Shown here: positions 27,110 through 38,320 of the stretch, in pieces
Layout: each line of letters opens with the position of its first letter
How positions within the stretch are numbered: position 1 is the first letter of the stretch
Assembly: GCF_040938485.1 (NCBI RefSeq)
Contig: NW_027270933.1
Coordinates: 930,001 to 994,000 of the forward strand
Direction: 5' to 3'
From: Diadema antillarum
Taxonomy: Eukaryota
DNA: 64,000 nt
Position numbers and translations under genes: made by a program
The notes under the pieces: model-generated
What the model was told of the DNA's origin: nothing
The model's database searches: none
The model's input: only the letters and a program-made list of their open reading frames with translations

Positions 27110-30100
27110 CACACACTCACACGCATTATTATCTGTAGTGAAATGTAGATAGAAAGGTATGTAGACAGATATACAACACTCGACATTAAGTGTTGCTCAG
27201 GGCTACCAAATATAGATTTTGGGAAGCAAACATTGTGCTTGTGTTTTGTGTGTTTTGTATGTTTTTCTTAGCCAGAATAGGATATAAATAAATTGCGCCT
27301 CATTGCTTCATAATTGTACGCATTTCAGCTAGTTGCCGTGGCCAGGGTTGCAAGACTGCCTATGTCTTGATGGCTGAGCTTAGTCTATCACCTAAGTATT
27401 TTTTTTCTTTTCCTGAAAGCCAAATTTTATGTACCGAATCATATAATTAGGATAACTAGTATGTTAAATATGATACTTTCATGAAAATGTGTCGTGAAAA
27501 TCATGTTTATTCTCTTGTTTTGTTTTGTTTTTTGTTTCATTTCCATCGGAGAAGATGGCTGGATAGCCCATATTCAGCTGCAATAGCTGGTATTCCATGC
27601 CATTCCATGCCTTGATTCAATATCCACTTCGTTAGACTTAGCAAAGGTAGCCACAGTATGTCTTATTTATAGCCCTTATCATATCTGCCAGTTTTCATTA
27701 TCATGATTTATATTCTTTTGATATTTTATCAAACTATTTTATTTCTTGACTTTTTTCTTTCTTCTTAGTCACATACAATACTTGGTATTTGAAGCACTTA
27801 ATCATACCTGCTATAATTGTGACATGATTATCATAGTTTATTTTCATCATTTCAATGTTTCATCACATGACTTTGTTTATTCACCTTTTTTATTATTTAC
27901 TTTTTCGAACCATCAAATTTTATTGTTGCACCACTAAAAACAGAGTTTGATTACTTTGGTGGTCCGGACGAGCCAATCGATGAAAAAAATAATGTCGAGC
28001 CTGATAAACATATAACATAAAAATTATGTTTCAATGTGCTCGTTATGATTATGTGAACATGGTGAATGCCTCCCTCCCCCCTTTCGTATTTTTTCCTTGT
28101 TGTTCTTATTTGTTATCTGTTTGCCAACAGTAGACCAAATGTTTGAAGAAATTTTAAGAAAAAAATCTATTTTAGGTTGAAAGAAAAACAATTCATCAAA
28201 CAACCAGCTGACAACTGTGTTAATCTGCGGTCACTATCTATAAAAATTCTTCCACGTTGGCATTTTGACATCAATGAGCTGTTCTGTCCCTTCGAAAATT
28301 CTGTCAGCTTCTGTCTCAGTTGATTGTTTGTTTCCTTACAGACTTTAAAGCGGACCTTTCCTTCGTTATTCAGGTGTTCGTGTTCATCCTATATGCATTG
28401 ACTAATATATCTCATAGTGCAGTGATTACTCAGTTATAATTGCACTCTCACGATATAAAAGTGCAAATCTGGAAACAAAATGCTTAGTAAACATTGTAAG
28501 CATGAAACAAGCAAACAAATGGAAACAGGTGGAAATCAAATTTCACTCTTCCACAATGTTTACTGAGTTTCTGTTTTCGTCGAATGAAGCAAACACTCAT
28601 GATTGTAGAACATTTTGTTGTAATCAAATGACTAGGATTGCTGAGATAAAATCGAGCTAATTAGTGTATCATACACGTATTGTGTCTGTTTATCATGATA
28701 CAACAATCTATTTTTTTTTCTCTCTAGCAGAGTCTGAACATCCAGAATTTATTAAAAGTGGCAGAACTTACCCTCAGACAGCCGAAAAGACAGATGGCAC
28801 TGAAAATCTATCGGTATGTATAATTTCATTAATAATGGTTCTTTTACCTCTCTTATATTCCCTCTGTCCTTTCCATAAAAAAATCTTGCTATTCAATTCA
28901 ATTCAAATTTATTCAATTGTTAGACCAAAATACATATCGTTATGAATCAACTTTCAATGGTAAGTTGCTAAAATGCATTCTTTTCATACAGAGAAGGCTA
29001 TCAAAATCAAGTTTTTGTAAAAAATGACGGTCTTCTGCATTTTTTAGAAACAGTTTGAATAGCTAATAAGTTCTTTGTGTTTCTGATCACTTTGTCAATG
29101 TTGTACGATTTGTATTAATATCATCACTGTATAATTATCCTCGTAAAATTTCTACGTAATGTTTATGAATAACTACTTTGTTGAGGAATGCAAAGTTGTT
29201 TTACAAGTCAGTAATTAATTCACATAATTATGACAATGTACAATATTTTGGAAACAAACAATTTTAACTCATAACTTTCTTGTATTTTGACCTAATTTCT
29301 GTGAAACTTTACTCTCTTTATGAATATTAGTAAAGGGGGATGGAGGGATGAGGCTTCCATTTCAATATCAAATGTGATGTCCTCTTGTCGCGTGTTATTA
29401 TGTCATCACAGGAGATCACTCCGGACCGTGTTGATGCAGCTACCAGAGATGACTTCATGCTTATACAAGATGCCATTCATGAAGAGAGACGGCAACGAGT
29501 GGCCGAAACTTGCAGTCGGCATCCCGGACAGCAACGCGATGTTCTTCGCGATCCACCGCAGAACATCATTGTAGACATTCCACACAAGATCCTCTTGTGT
29601 TTCGTCCCCAAGGTGGCGTGCACGAGTTGGAAGAAGGTCTTCCTTGTGCTCAAGGGCGTCATTGAGACCGTGTATGACGTCAACCAGTACCAGGTCAACC
29701 ACAAACTCCAACGTCGGCTCGATTTTTTCGCCAATCAGACTTACGCCGAGAGAGAGGCAATTTTAGCAAACTTTACAAAATTCATGGTAGCCCGTGAGCC
29801 GTTCGCTCGAGTGCTATCCGCCTATCTTAACAAACTCTCACCGAATACAACTTTCAGTCGAGCGAAGCACTGGCAGAGAGAGATAGGTGAAGAAATAACG
29901 AGACACTTGTATGAAGAAAACACGATCGGATCTTCGGGAGGGTATAATGTGACGTTTGCCGACTTCGTGCGCTTTCTCACGGTGGAGGAACCGATGAGAA
30001 AACAGCACAATCGTCACTGGAATGAACTGCATGAGATGTGCGCCCCTTGCGACATCGACTATGATGTCATCGGTAAGTTTGAGACGATGTCGACAGACGC

Positions 30101-30305
30101 TGAGTACATTCTACGATTGTTCAACCTCGTTGACCTCGTCGACTTCCCTTCCGCGAACGGAAGCAGTCCTACCGGAAGCTCAAGTAAGCTAGAACAGTTC
30201 TATGGTCAGCTGCCTGCCGAGGATATCAAGGCGCTCTATGAGAGATACAGACTGGATTTTGAACTATTTGGGTACGATGTCCCTGAATGGGTCGATGATG
30301 CTTAG
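20212..30305 (+). CDS. Carbohydrate sulfotransferase 3 of cluster, predicted join(20212..20455,28731..28813,29412..30305), 406 aa
   Basis: Catalytic exon has LCFVPKVACTSWKKV, AREPFARVLSAYLNK, HW...CAPCDIDYD and YRLDFELFGY. Exon 1 has the TM segment KILKILLSSTVVMIMIITIYLV and a phase-1 donor G|gtttgt. The 83-nt exon 2 has a T-rich tract + NAGNAG acceptor and a TCG|gtatgt donor (phase 1 to 0). The acceptor cacag| at 29411 is in frame. An acceptor at 20112 suggests a 5' UTR intron. Confidence 0.87.
21436..24635 (-). pseudogene. LINE ORF2 pseudogene (PHD finger - APE endonuclease - RT) with multiple stops and frameshifts
   Basis: Manual translation from 24635 gives MVKGYPCISCSKPVRNNH*GIQCVKCHNWVHIKCAG...WECSKC (C4HC3). 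Track fragments show LHLNVRSL, LNETWL, GDVN, SDH, YRPIAILP, DMKK(AF), GVPQGSILGPLLF and YADD in different frames. Confidence 0.9.
24711..25514 (-). CDS. LINE ORF1 (coiled coil + RRM-like), probable start MAPNPKS at 25514
   Basis: Open frame with a coiled coil, LEQYSKRNCLLFFGVPE, IDRSHRL, PRPLLVKF and SIQEHLT. Confidence 0.8.
   Translation of the reverse strand: MAPNPKSIDDAVDKILSSERLAEAVRQAVKEAASEEFAKLVDRIERQEGRIMDLETTQLSHEKEIEKLNRVIEGYQSRIACLEKESNDLEQYSKRNCLLFFGVPESKEEDTTQLVCKLAREKLHVDLQQSEIDRSHRLQRRNHGNEGNEGSGGAPAPASGRIQTRKGRREDQSHPNSHTAPRPLLVKFVSYQTRMQVIKNRKLLKGSRMSIQEHLTKKNQNLLAKTRAHSAVKDAWSSDGKIVALIRATGGKFVTRGIRGENDLPKG
26381..27050 (-). mobile_element. Degenerate 3' fragment of an L1/Tx1 ORF2
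   Basis: Manual translation ...RPRSTTLLCKHREFQLKSLHGVV*TKEQLLNFG...SFC... and NSLIILLKHIIFNSR...EMKLAMERKKLAQHLIK*EYVNYLI* aligns with the C-terminus of the intact ORF2 (LREFQFKLSHNILYTNERL...LILLYKRYIY...KKW). Confidence 0.72.
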
Positions 30306-30472
30306 CATCCTTGTTGATATCGATATCTTAACTGGGCATAGAAGTGCAACATACTCAGAGAGTTACTGGTTTTACGCAGGATATCGCTTAAAATGAGCTG
30401 GCAAGTTCATTTCTATAGACAATCTTCTATTGACTGTGTTATAGACTCTGGCGAACTTTCTCCTTGAGGTAT

Positions 30473-30580
30473 AATGATGATAATAATAAGTAATAATGAT
30501 GATGATGATAATAATGATGATGATAATAATAATAATAATAATAATGATAATAATAATGATAATAATGATAATAATGATGT
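30473..30580 (+). repeat. (AAT/GAT)n trinucleotide microsatellite just 3' of CHST gene 3
   Basis: Direct reading; it produces the poly-I and poly-N/D ORFs in the track. Confidence 0.95.
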
Positions 30581-31751
30581 AGTGTATAACATTTACAAAA
30601 CACTTGATTTCATATTTTCTAAGCGCTGTGAAGTTAGAACAGGGAGAAAAAAAACAACTGAAGTAGAAAACAATGGACAAGTGTATATACATTACTACAT
30701 TAGACGATTGTATGTAGCAAAAATTATCCTAAAAACATTGGAGGTATTGGTTCTAATTTAGGGGTATGTTTTTTCCCCTATATGACACGATAGATTGGTA
30801 TAGTCCATATTCACCTGCACTAGCTGGCCTTCCATGCGGTCCAGTTGGGAGTATTTGAAGCTCACCACTTGACCAGCTTATGTACCTGTGGTACCGGTAA
30901 CCATACGTGCTTGGGTTGTGAATCTCTCACAAAGCGGGACCTCCATAATTTTACATGTTGTATGTCCTATCCGTGGGACAGCGTGTTTTAGAACAGTTCT
31001 GCATTCGGCATTACGACAGACGTATCACTTGATGGCGTTCTCCAAGAGAAATCCCACTCCGGACCATGATGAATCTTTGGTGTAACATTCATTTTAATGT
31101 GATTTGCCTTGGTTGGTTGCAATACTGTGTCTCTTATCATTTCGTTTGTCACACAGATTAGATTTAACTCTTCCTCACTCAGTCACTCGTTTGTTTGAAA
31201 GTTACGACGCTGCGTGACATTGTTGCCTTTTTTACTTTCTACCCTGAATCTGAAGCTTTGAATAATTCCTTATTGTCATGAATCCAATCTGACATTATCA
31301 TAATGATATTCATAATTGTGTTATTGTATAATTGACTGGTCTAAAAGAAAGGATTACTATTGTATGCTTCTATTTTGCTAATTGTGATTTTGCTAATAAT
31401 CATGAGCGGGTATATAATCAGGAACACATTACATGTATACAAATGTAATACATAAGTTCATACACAATCATTTACGATAAATATGTATAATGTTATCACA
31501 GGTCAAATTAAATCCATTCTTGTTGATTCGAGATATTTGCGGTTGAAGCGGCTGCAAAACACAGAAACTACTCAAAATAAGTAGAATAGATATTTAATCA
31601 TAACCATGATCATTTCAACAACATTCCTTGTTATGAAATAAATGAGGTATCTTTGGAAATGTTTTGTTTCAGTTTATCTGATTAAGGGTGACACTTCATG
31701 CGTTTTGTTGTCAAACGCTTAACACGACACACACACACACTCACACACACG

Positions 31752-31809
<58 letters not shown>

Positions 31810-34800
31810 TAAAAATACATGTAGGGATACCTATAGTGTATATCTGGATGTGTGTTTAATGTTATATGTATAACATACATGTCCCATTTGAAAATAATGA
31901 CTCTATTCAGCAGTGCATGCAAGATTTTGACTATTTCTTTTTTTCGAGGGAATAATAAAAGAATTTTGGTACGAACGAATTGATATTTCCAAACGCAATA
32001 TTGAGAAAACGAAATGCAGAAAATCGAGATAAGCTCAAAATGTGTGTTTGAAACCAGTAAAGGAGTACGCAGGTGCACTTTAATGCCACTGTGCACAAGC
32101 AGGGCAGGGACGGGCAATGATAGACTACGAGCTTCTCGCACTCCTATGTACATCTTTTGAGCACAAGTTTGATAGCAAGCAAGTGCTTTGCATGAAACAA
32201 AGCGGCCATCAATATTACTCTCATGTAGTTTATCTAAATATTGATCCTTAGGAACACCCCTCTTCAAGAATTCCTCCTCATTATCATTTCTGTTTCAATG
32301 TTATTTTTTTTTTTAGTACCTTCGTTTCTTTTTCTTGTCTCTTTTTTTTTTTGGGGGGGGGGATTGCCATAAGATTATGATACAGAGCACTTCTTGTTAA
32401 AAAAAAACAAAAACGGCTTGTCTCCATTATACATTGGCAATCTATACGCCAGTCCCATCAGTTTATTGTAATACCGTATGTCCCAACAAAAATTACAACG
32501 GGAGCTCCGCAGTGATATCTTTAAAAATAGTGAATCAATCTAAATACAAATTCTTCATGGGTATGAAACTATAACTCATTGCCCTCATCTTACAGAAAAC
32601 CCCACTCGATTTGCTTCAGTGGTCAAAGAGAAATGAGGAATTTTGTAGAGGATGTCAGGAATCTCTTCCCTCCAAGTTTTGTCTATTGTATTCACACACA
32701 AGAGTATCATAGTGCTAAACTTATCAGACTCATGACATTTTTTACAACAATCCACATTTCTTTGTGACCGCTTAACCAAATTAAATGGGGTTTTCTGCGT
32801 GTTTTATCGTCAGTGCAACGGATTCTTCCTTCTGACGGACCGACATCAAAGTTTCTCGTTCTCCTCCGTTTCATCTTCAACGATACCTTGGTATTTCGTA
32901 TATGAAACTTGCTATATATCATCAGTACTTCCATTTCATGTCAGGAAATTTCACTCTTTTAATGTTGGGTGGTAAGTTTTTAGCAGTCTCCTCCATTAAA
33001 AAAAAAAAAAATCTGACTCGTATTGTCATAAAAGTCACTGTCCTTAGTTCACAATATTTTCCTTGTACTTATTTTGTATAACTATGTTTATTTAAATATC
33101 TCATTGCAATTGTGTAGTTTTATTGTTAATGAAATACATGAAATAAAATAAATGAAATGTAAAATGAATAAAAATTAGTATTGATTACGCTTGTGATTGT
33201 GCAATACACTAACAGTCAACAATGAGGGCAATAACGCGTTTTATGCAATGCAATAACTAAGGAGTTCACGATTTAGCGCATGTCTCATTTTGATCTTTAG
33301 CTAAAATGGAAAGGTCTTATGATGAATTAGCATTCTTTGTTGAAGCATGTTTTCTTTGTAATCACTGTAAATGCATGGAGCGTTTTTGTTGAACATTTTT
33401 TGATGTATCATTGAAACTAGTGTCAAACACAAAACTAAAAATACAGATCATCACTTATTTGAGGATTCCTTACGTTTTAAAGTCAATGGCAAAAGCACAA
33501 AATAATATTCTCCTCTGACCTTTATTTTGCACGTGCACAAATCACAACTGTGAACTCCTTTATTCCTGCAGTGCTGTACGTTAAATATTGTATATCAAAA
33601 CTCACGTCGGAATGGAACGAATGATTTTTCTGTTTATTTTTTTTTATTCCGTTTTATCTTAACAGGGTAGCCCTTTCAGTTAAACAAAACAAAAACAAAA
33701 AACTGATTTACAAAGAGGCCCCTGCATAAAAACAAGACAAAAAACATACAAAGTTGCATACAAAAGTACAGTAAATGAAACAACAACAACAACACATGGC
33801 TTATAAAATGTATATATTATGCATTATATAAAATGCTAAATTACAGTCAAAAAGTATTTCACAATGACTGATTCGTTCGGATAGACTCAAATATCAGATT
33901 CAACAATTTTATATTCTAATAGGCACAAGGGCTTGCTGTTTTTAAAATTTAAGTCAAATTTTCACACAACCACTGACGGATTAGATACATATCTTTGAAA
34001 ACACTTTTGTAATTACTAAGCGTTGAGATTAGCAATATCAACGCTATAGGCCCCAATCTATGTATTTTGGGGGTGATGATTGTTTTTCAGAAGACTTTTT
34101 AATCCGAAAATGAAAAATGGTTGATTGTTCCGAAACGCACAAATTCCCTTTACTTCGATGTTCGTTGATCCGGAAATGAAATCGGGTTCGTTAATCCAAA
34201 AGTTTGTGGCGTTATTCCGAAGGTTCGTTAATCCGGAAATGTGATAAGGTTCCTTATTCCGCTATCATTACTATTTTTCTCCATCAGATCAGAAACTTTC
34301 TACACCAAGATCCTGCAAGTGGCATTTAATACCTAACAATCAGTGTTATATCAATATGCTGCACAAAAGACACCACAAAGTGAGCCTAGGTTGAATGTCT
34401 CTCTGTAATGCCTTTTGTTATTATTATCTTAGTAACATGGAAATATGCAAGTTATGCTCTGTCTAGGAAAAGAATGCATTCCAATGTATTTTGTTCATTA
34501 TAATCAGTACTGTCGCAATGACTAACAAATGACGTCACCGACAGACATAGTTTTGGAAGTTTCCTTTTTTTTTGGGGGGGGGCATATACCACTTTATCGA
34601 ATCTATGTGAAGAAAAATAGTGAGAAAATATTATTGCTACAGTATCACAAGGCTCGTATTAAGATATTCATTTGACTACATAAAGTGATGTTGACGGTAT
34701 TATGAATCAACATCGAAGTTATAATGCATTTGCATTGCAGAGTCCCTTTTAGGTAAAATTCCACATCATTTTCACATTGCCTAGATCCCATCAAAACTCA

Positions 34801-36275
34801 GAAACTTTTTTTTTGTGTGTGTGTGTCTGTTCGCTGTGTATGTGTGTGTGCGCGCGCGCGCGCGTGTGTGTGAGTGTGTGTGTGTGCGTGTGTACCTACT
34901 ATATTGTCTGTTTAATCATACTCGTCTGGCGCGGATATTCCCTAAAATGCGATGCCTTTCATGCATCAAGGCACAGGTTACGTCTGACTAATATCCCATT
35001 CTCACTTTGGCCATGCAGGCACATGATTTTCGCAAACACGACTCATTAAGACAATCAAAACAAAAGGGCGAAACTTCCGCAAACTGATGGGGCTGGTTCG
35101 TCCGTGTGGCAGGGTAGTTTCGCCCTGTTGGGAGAACAAGGATACATCCAACATTTAAGACAAATTGTATATAGAGAAACGTGAGCCAAAGAAATAACAT
35201 TTGACAAGGGACTGGAACAAATAGGCTTAACCAAGTTGTACAACATGCTATTATATAATGTAGGTGACATGTAGACGGATTAACTCGTCCAGACTCAAAA
35301 CGGTGGAGAGAAAACAAGCTTGGAAACAACAATATATTCGTCTAAGAGTAGCCAGATTTGATCAAACATTTCCAGCATAGTACGGAGAGCGGTGATAAGC
35401 TGTATAATAGGTGCTGTGCTCATAAGAAGTGATTCTAGTGACTAATGACTTCAATCACAACATAGCCACGACTATCATTCTTGACTGTCTGTTCCAAATG
35501 GTATTGTTTAGGGCATGGTAAATTCAAAAATTTGTCTAATTAAATTCTCAAGTCTCTAAGATTAACTGTTTTACGCAATTGGCAACACCTCTTCAATTAT
35601 TTTGAATGAAATGTGCTTTAATCATGCTACTGCTAGAGTGGAATATCAAGAGAGTTAAATAAACATTTAGACCTAAACTAAACTGTCAATATTTTGTGAC
35701 CACGAGTACAAAAATGTAATTGTTTAAAATTCATAACACTTGCATTTCATTCGATGGTTTCTCACGAAAAAGAATATGTAAAATTCCATTGAGAATTGGT
35801 AATTTTAGGAAGAATAATTTGTTTAGTAACTCATGAAAGAAAAACAAATTAGAAACACCGTGTTTATGATAACATTGAATGACTAGCAATTAGTGAACAT
35901 TAAAAAAAGTTAAATCGTTAATAAGTAAAAAGGTGATCAATCAAATCAGCTGCCGTCCCTATGAAAAGGATGAACGGGTAGAAAGAAATTCGAGAAAATA
36001 CTGAAGCAATAGCTCCTTAACAGGATTGTTACATCTGGATGTTTTCTAAATTACGCTATATACAATATTGTATTTCCCATCAGTAGCACTTGAGCAACTA
36101 ATACTTCAAGGGGAAAGAGGTTGCCATTAATAATCATTGACCCAAAACACTATTTCTTATGATATTTCGTCTCCAAATAAAAGGAGAGCTGTGAAGTGTT
36201 GCCGTAACTGCCTCTTACACTGTTAATGTTTGAATGAAAAAATTTGAAATGTTAGAATGCTTTTCCTTTCTTACT

Positions 36276-36842
36276 TTAAAGGACAAGTTCACCTTCATAG
36301 ACATGTGGCTTGAGTGAATGCAGCAATATTAGTAGAACACATCAGTTAGAGTTTGAGGAAAATCGGACAATCCGTTCAAAAGTTATGAATTTTTGAAGTT
36401 TCTGCTCAGTCACGGCTGGATGAGAAGACTATTATAGCTTGTGATGTCATATGAGTACAACTATATAAAGAAAGTATAAAGAAAATTCAAGATATTCTCA
36501 CTTTTCTCACATAATAAAAGAACACTCGACTTCTCTCTTTCACAAGTCAGGGGGAATAATATTACCCCTAACATAAGTCAGTAACAAGTTGAAGAAATGT
36601 GCACTTATTTTTAAAAAGTCAGTTTTGTGAAATTCTCTTTTTATTTTCCTTATATCGTTGTACGCATGTGACATCATACACTGTAGTAGTCTTCTCCTCC
36701 AACAGTGACTGCACAGATATTTCAAAAATTCATAACTTTTGAACGAATTGTCGGATTTTCCCCAAACTTTCACTGATGTGTTCTACTAATATTGTTGCCT
36801 TCACTCAATTCACATGTATATGAAGGTGGACTTGTCCTTTAA
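36276..36842. mobile_element. TTAA-flanked MITE with ~150-bp TIRs
   Basis: TTAA-AGGACAAGTTCACCTTCATA...TATGAAGGTGGACTTGTCCT-TTAA. It is absent from paralogous unit B; a partial related fragment lies at ~42525-42625. Confidence 0.88.
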
Positions 36843-37376
36843 GTCCGACTTTTATACAACAATAATACGTGTTTGGAATTGCACATTACGCATCTTATAC
36901 ACGGCGAGACAGCTTATTTCATGATATTCCTGTGTTGTATGACCCTCAATGGTGTTCTTGGTAGTTTGCTTTGGATCTTGATTAAGAACTTTAATGAATA
37001 TGTTTGACGATGGTTATCATATAGGATCAAGAATGCTGAAAACTGGATTGCTTCTTCATTTAACCATAACGAATCCGAACGATGCCATATCGCAGCTGTT
37101 TATAGGACATTGACAAATGGCAATAGGGTCCTACTCCTCAAGTGCCATGCATTCTCACAGTGACTTGTACTGTGTCGCTCCCAAAAACTCAAAACAGCCA
37201 CAGGAACCACAAACCTATATTTTTGTTGAGATACTGCGCAAAGTTCAGGCTTTGGTTTGGCTTTAATGGCGTCAAGACAAAAGGTCTTAAGTAGATCTGC
37301 TGTGTTCAACTGATATTGCACGCACAGATACGCAAACAATTTGTATGTCAAGAAGTCTACGTGCTCATTTTGGTGC

Positions 37377-37388
37377 GGGGGAATTCCC
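37377..37388. promoter_or_regulatory. Candidate NF-kB site GGGGGAATTCCC upstream of 3CxxC gene A
   Basis: Perfect GGGRNWYYCC match, conserved with ~20 nt of downstream flank in unit B. Confidence 0.4.
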
Positions 37389-38320
37389 AAGCACTTCGAT
37401 GCTTCCATTGCAGCTGGTATTGTATAACTCGCACACAAACAAATTGTATCAATATCTGTGAGAGACTGTCACGGTATTGTCTGGATATTAACTTCCTAAG
37501 GAACCTGCTACAGTATTCCATAGTACTATACTACAGTGTCCGAAAGACATTTTTGAGGGAACGGTAAGAATGCATTATCTAAGAGCTCCATTCTTCAATA
37601 GTTAAGTTTGATTTAACTTTTGATTAAAAAAAAAAATCTTTTTAACGAGTAGACCCCTTTGTTTTGGGGTGTACCCTATACCCCCTATTATACCAAAGAT
37701 AACAACAAGAACTTGAAATGTACCACAGTTTGTAAGATATAACGCGCTGTTTTATTGTTTTGACGAAGACGCCCTATAACTTGGATGGAAACATTGATAC
37801 CACGTTGCAAAATCTTCGTGTAAGTAATCAGCGGAAATGAGACTGAAGTCTATTCTTAAAAATATAATACAACGCAATAGAAAGTTGTTTAAAATGCTTG
37901 TTGTATTCAAAAACTATAAATGTCTTTATAACCCTGCGCTAGTTCTGAAGCATTACATTGCTATTTTACCTCGTGTGCAGAGGGTTGAAGAAAATAATAG
38001 ACTTTTGTCCCCTTGATCACTGAGGGTTGCTCCGATATATAGCAGGGCATTCCTAACCCCTCGGTCGATATGTGTGTTAAAACAAAAGAAAGCTCTCATT
38101 GACTCAAAAATATTGCACGGAGTTAGAATTGCTCAACATCAGGCTTCTTAATTTTTACAGTTTACACCCAATTTTATACTTAAATGAGGATCAGTGGGGA
38201 AAATGTCTTACTCGCAGGTATGTTTACGAGTGTCGTGATCAAGACTGGAATCGCGAACTAAGTCTGCTTCGTCACTGTATAATCGCGTCTTTGCTGAAAA
38301 GTCGTCAGAATTTGGGCGCC

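Noticed and set aside
31809-32990. 152-aa minus ORF and a nearby CCKKCHES-containing frame as a third 3CxxC gene or other gene
   Set aside because: Only one CxxC, no WSS or PH..CE.C motifs, multiple stops and no supporting splice structure.
37100-37567. Coding exon shared by units A and B (GGIPK.FDA peptide, or minus-strand CLGIPP ORF)
   Set aside because: Stops and indels fall in different frames in the two copies. The similarity is explained by nucleotide-level duplication.
38099-38320. Upstream extension of the 183-aa ORF as part of 3CxxC-A
   Set aside because: It starts at a non-ATG codon and is not conserved as an open frame in copy B. Both copies share GCC-ATGG at the MAELE start.
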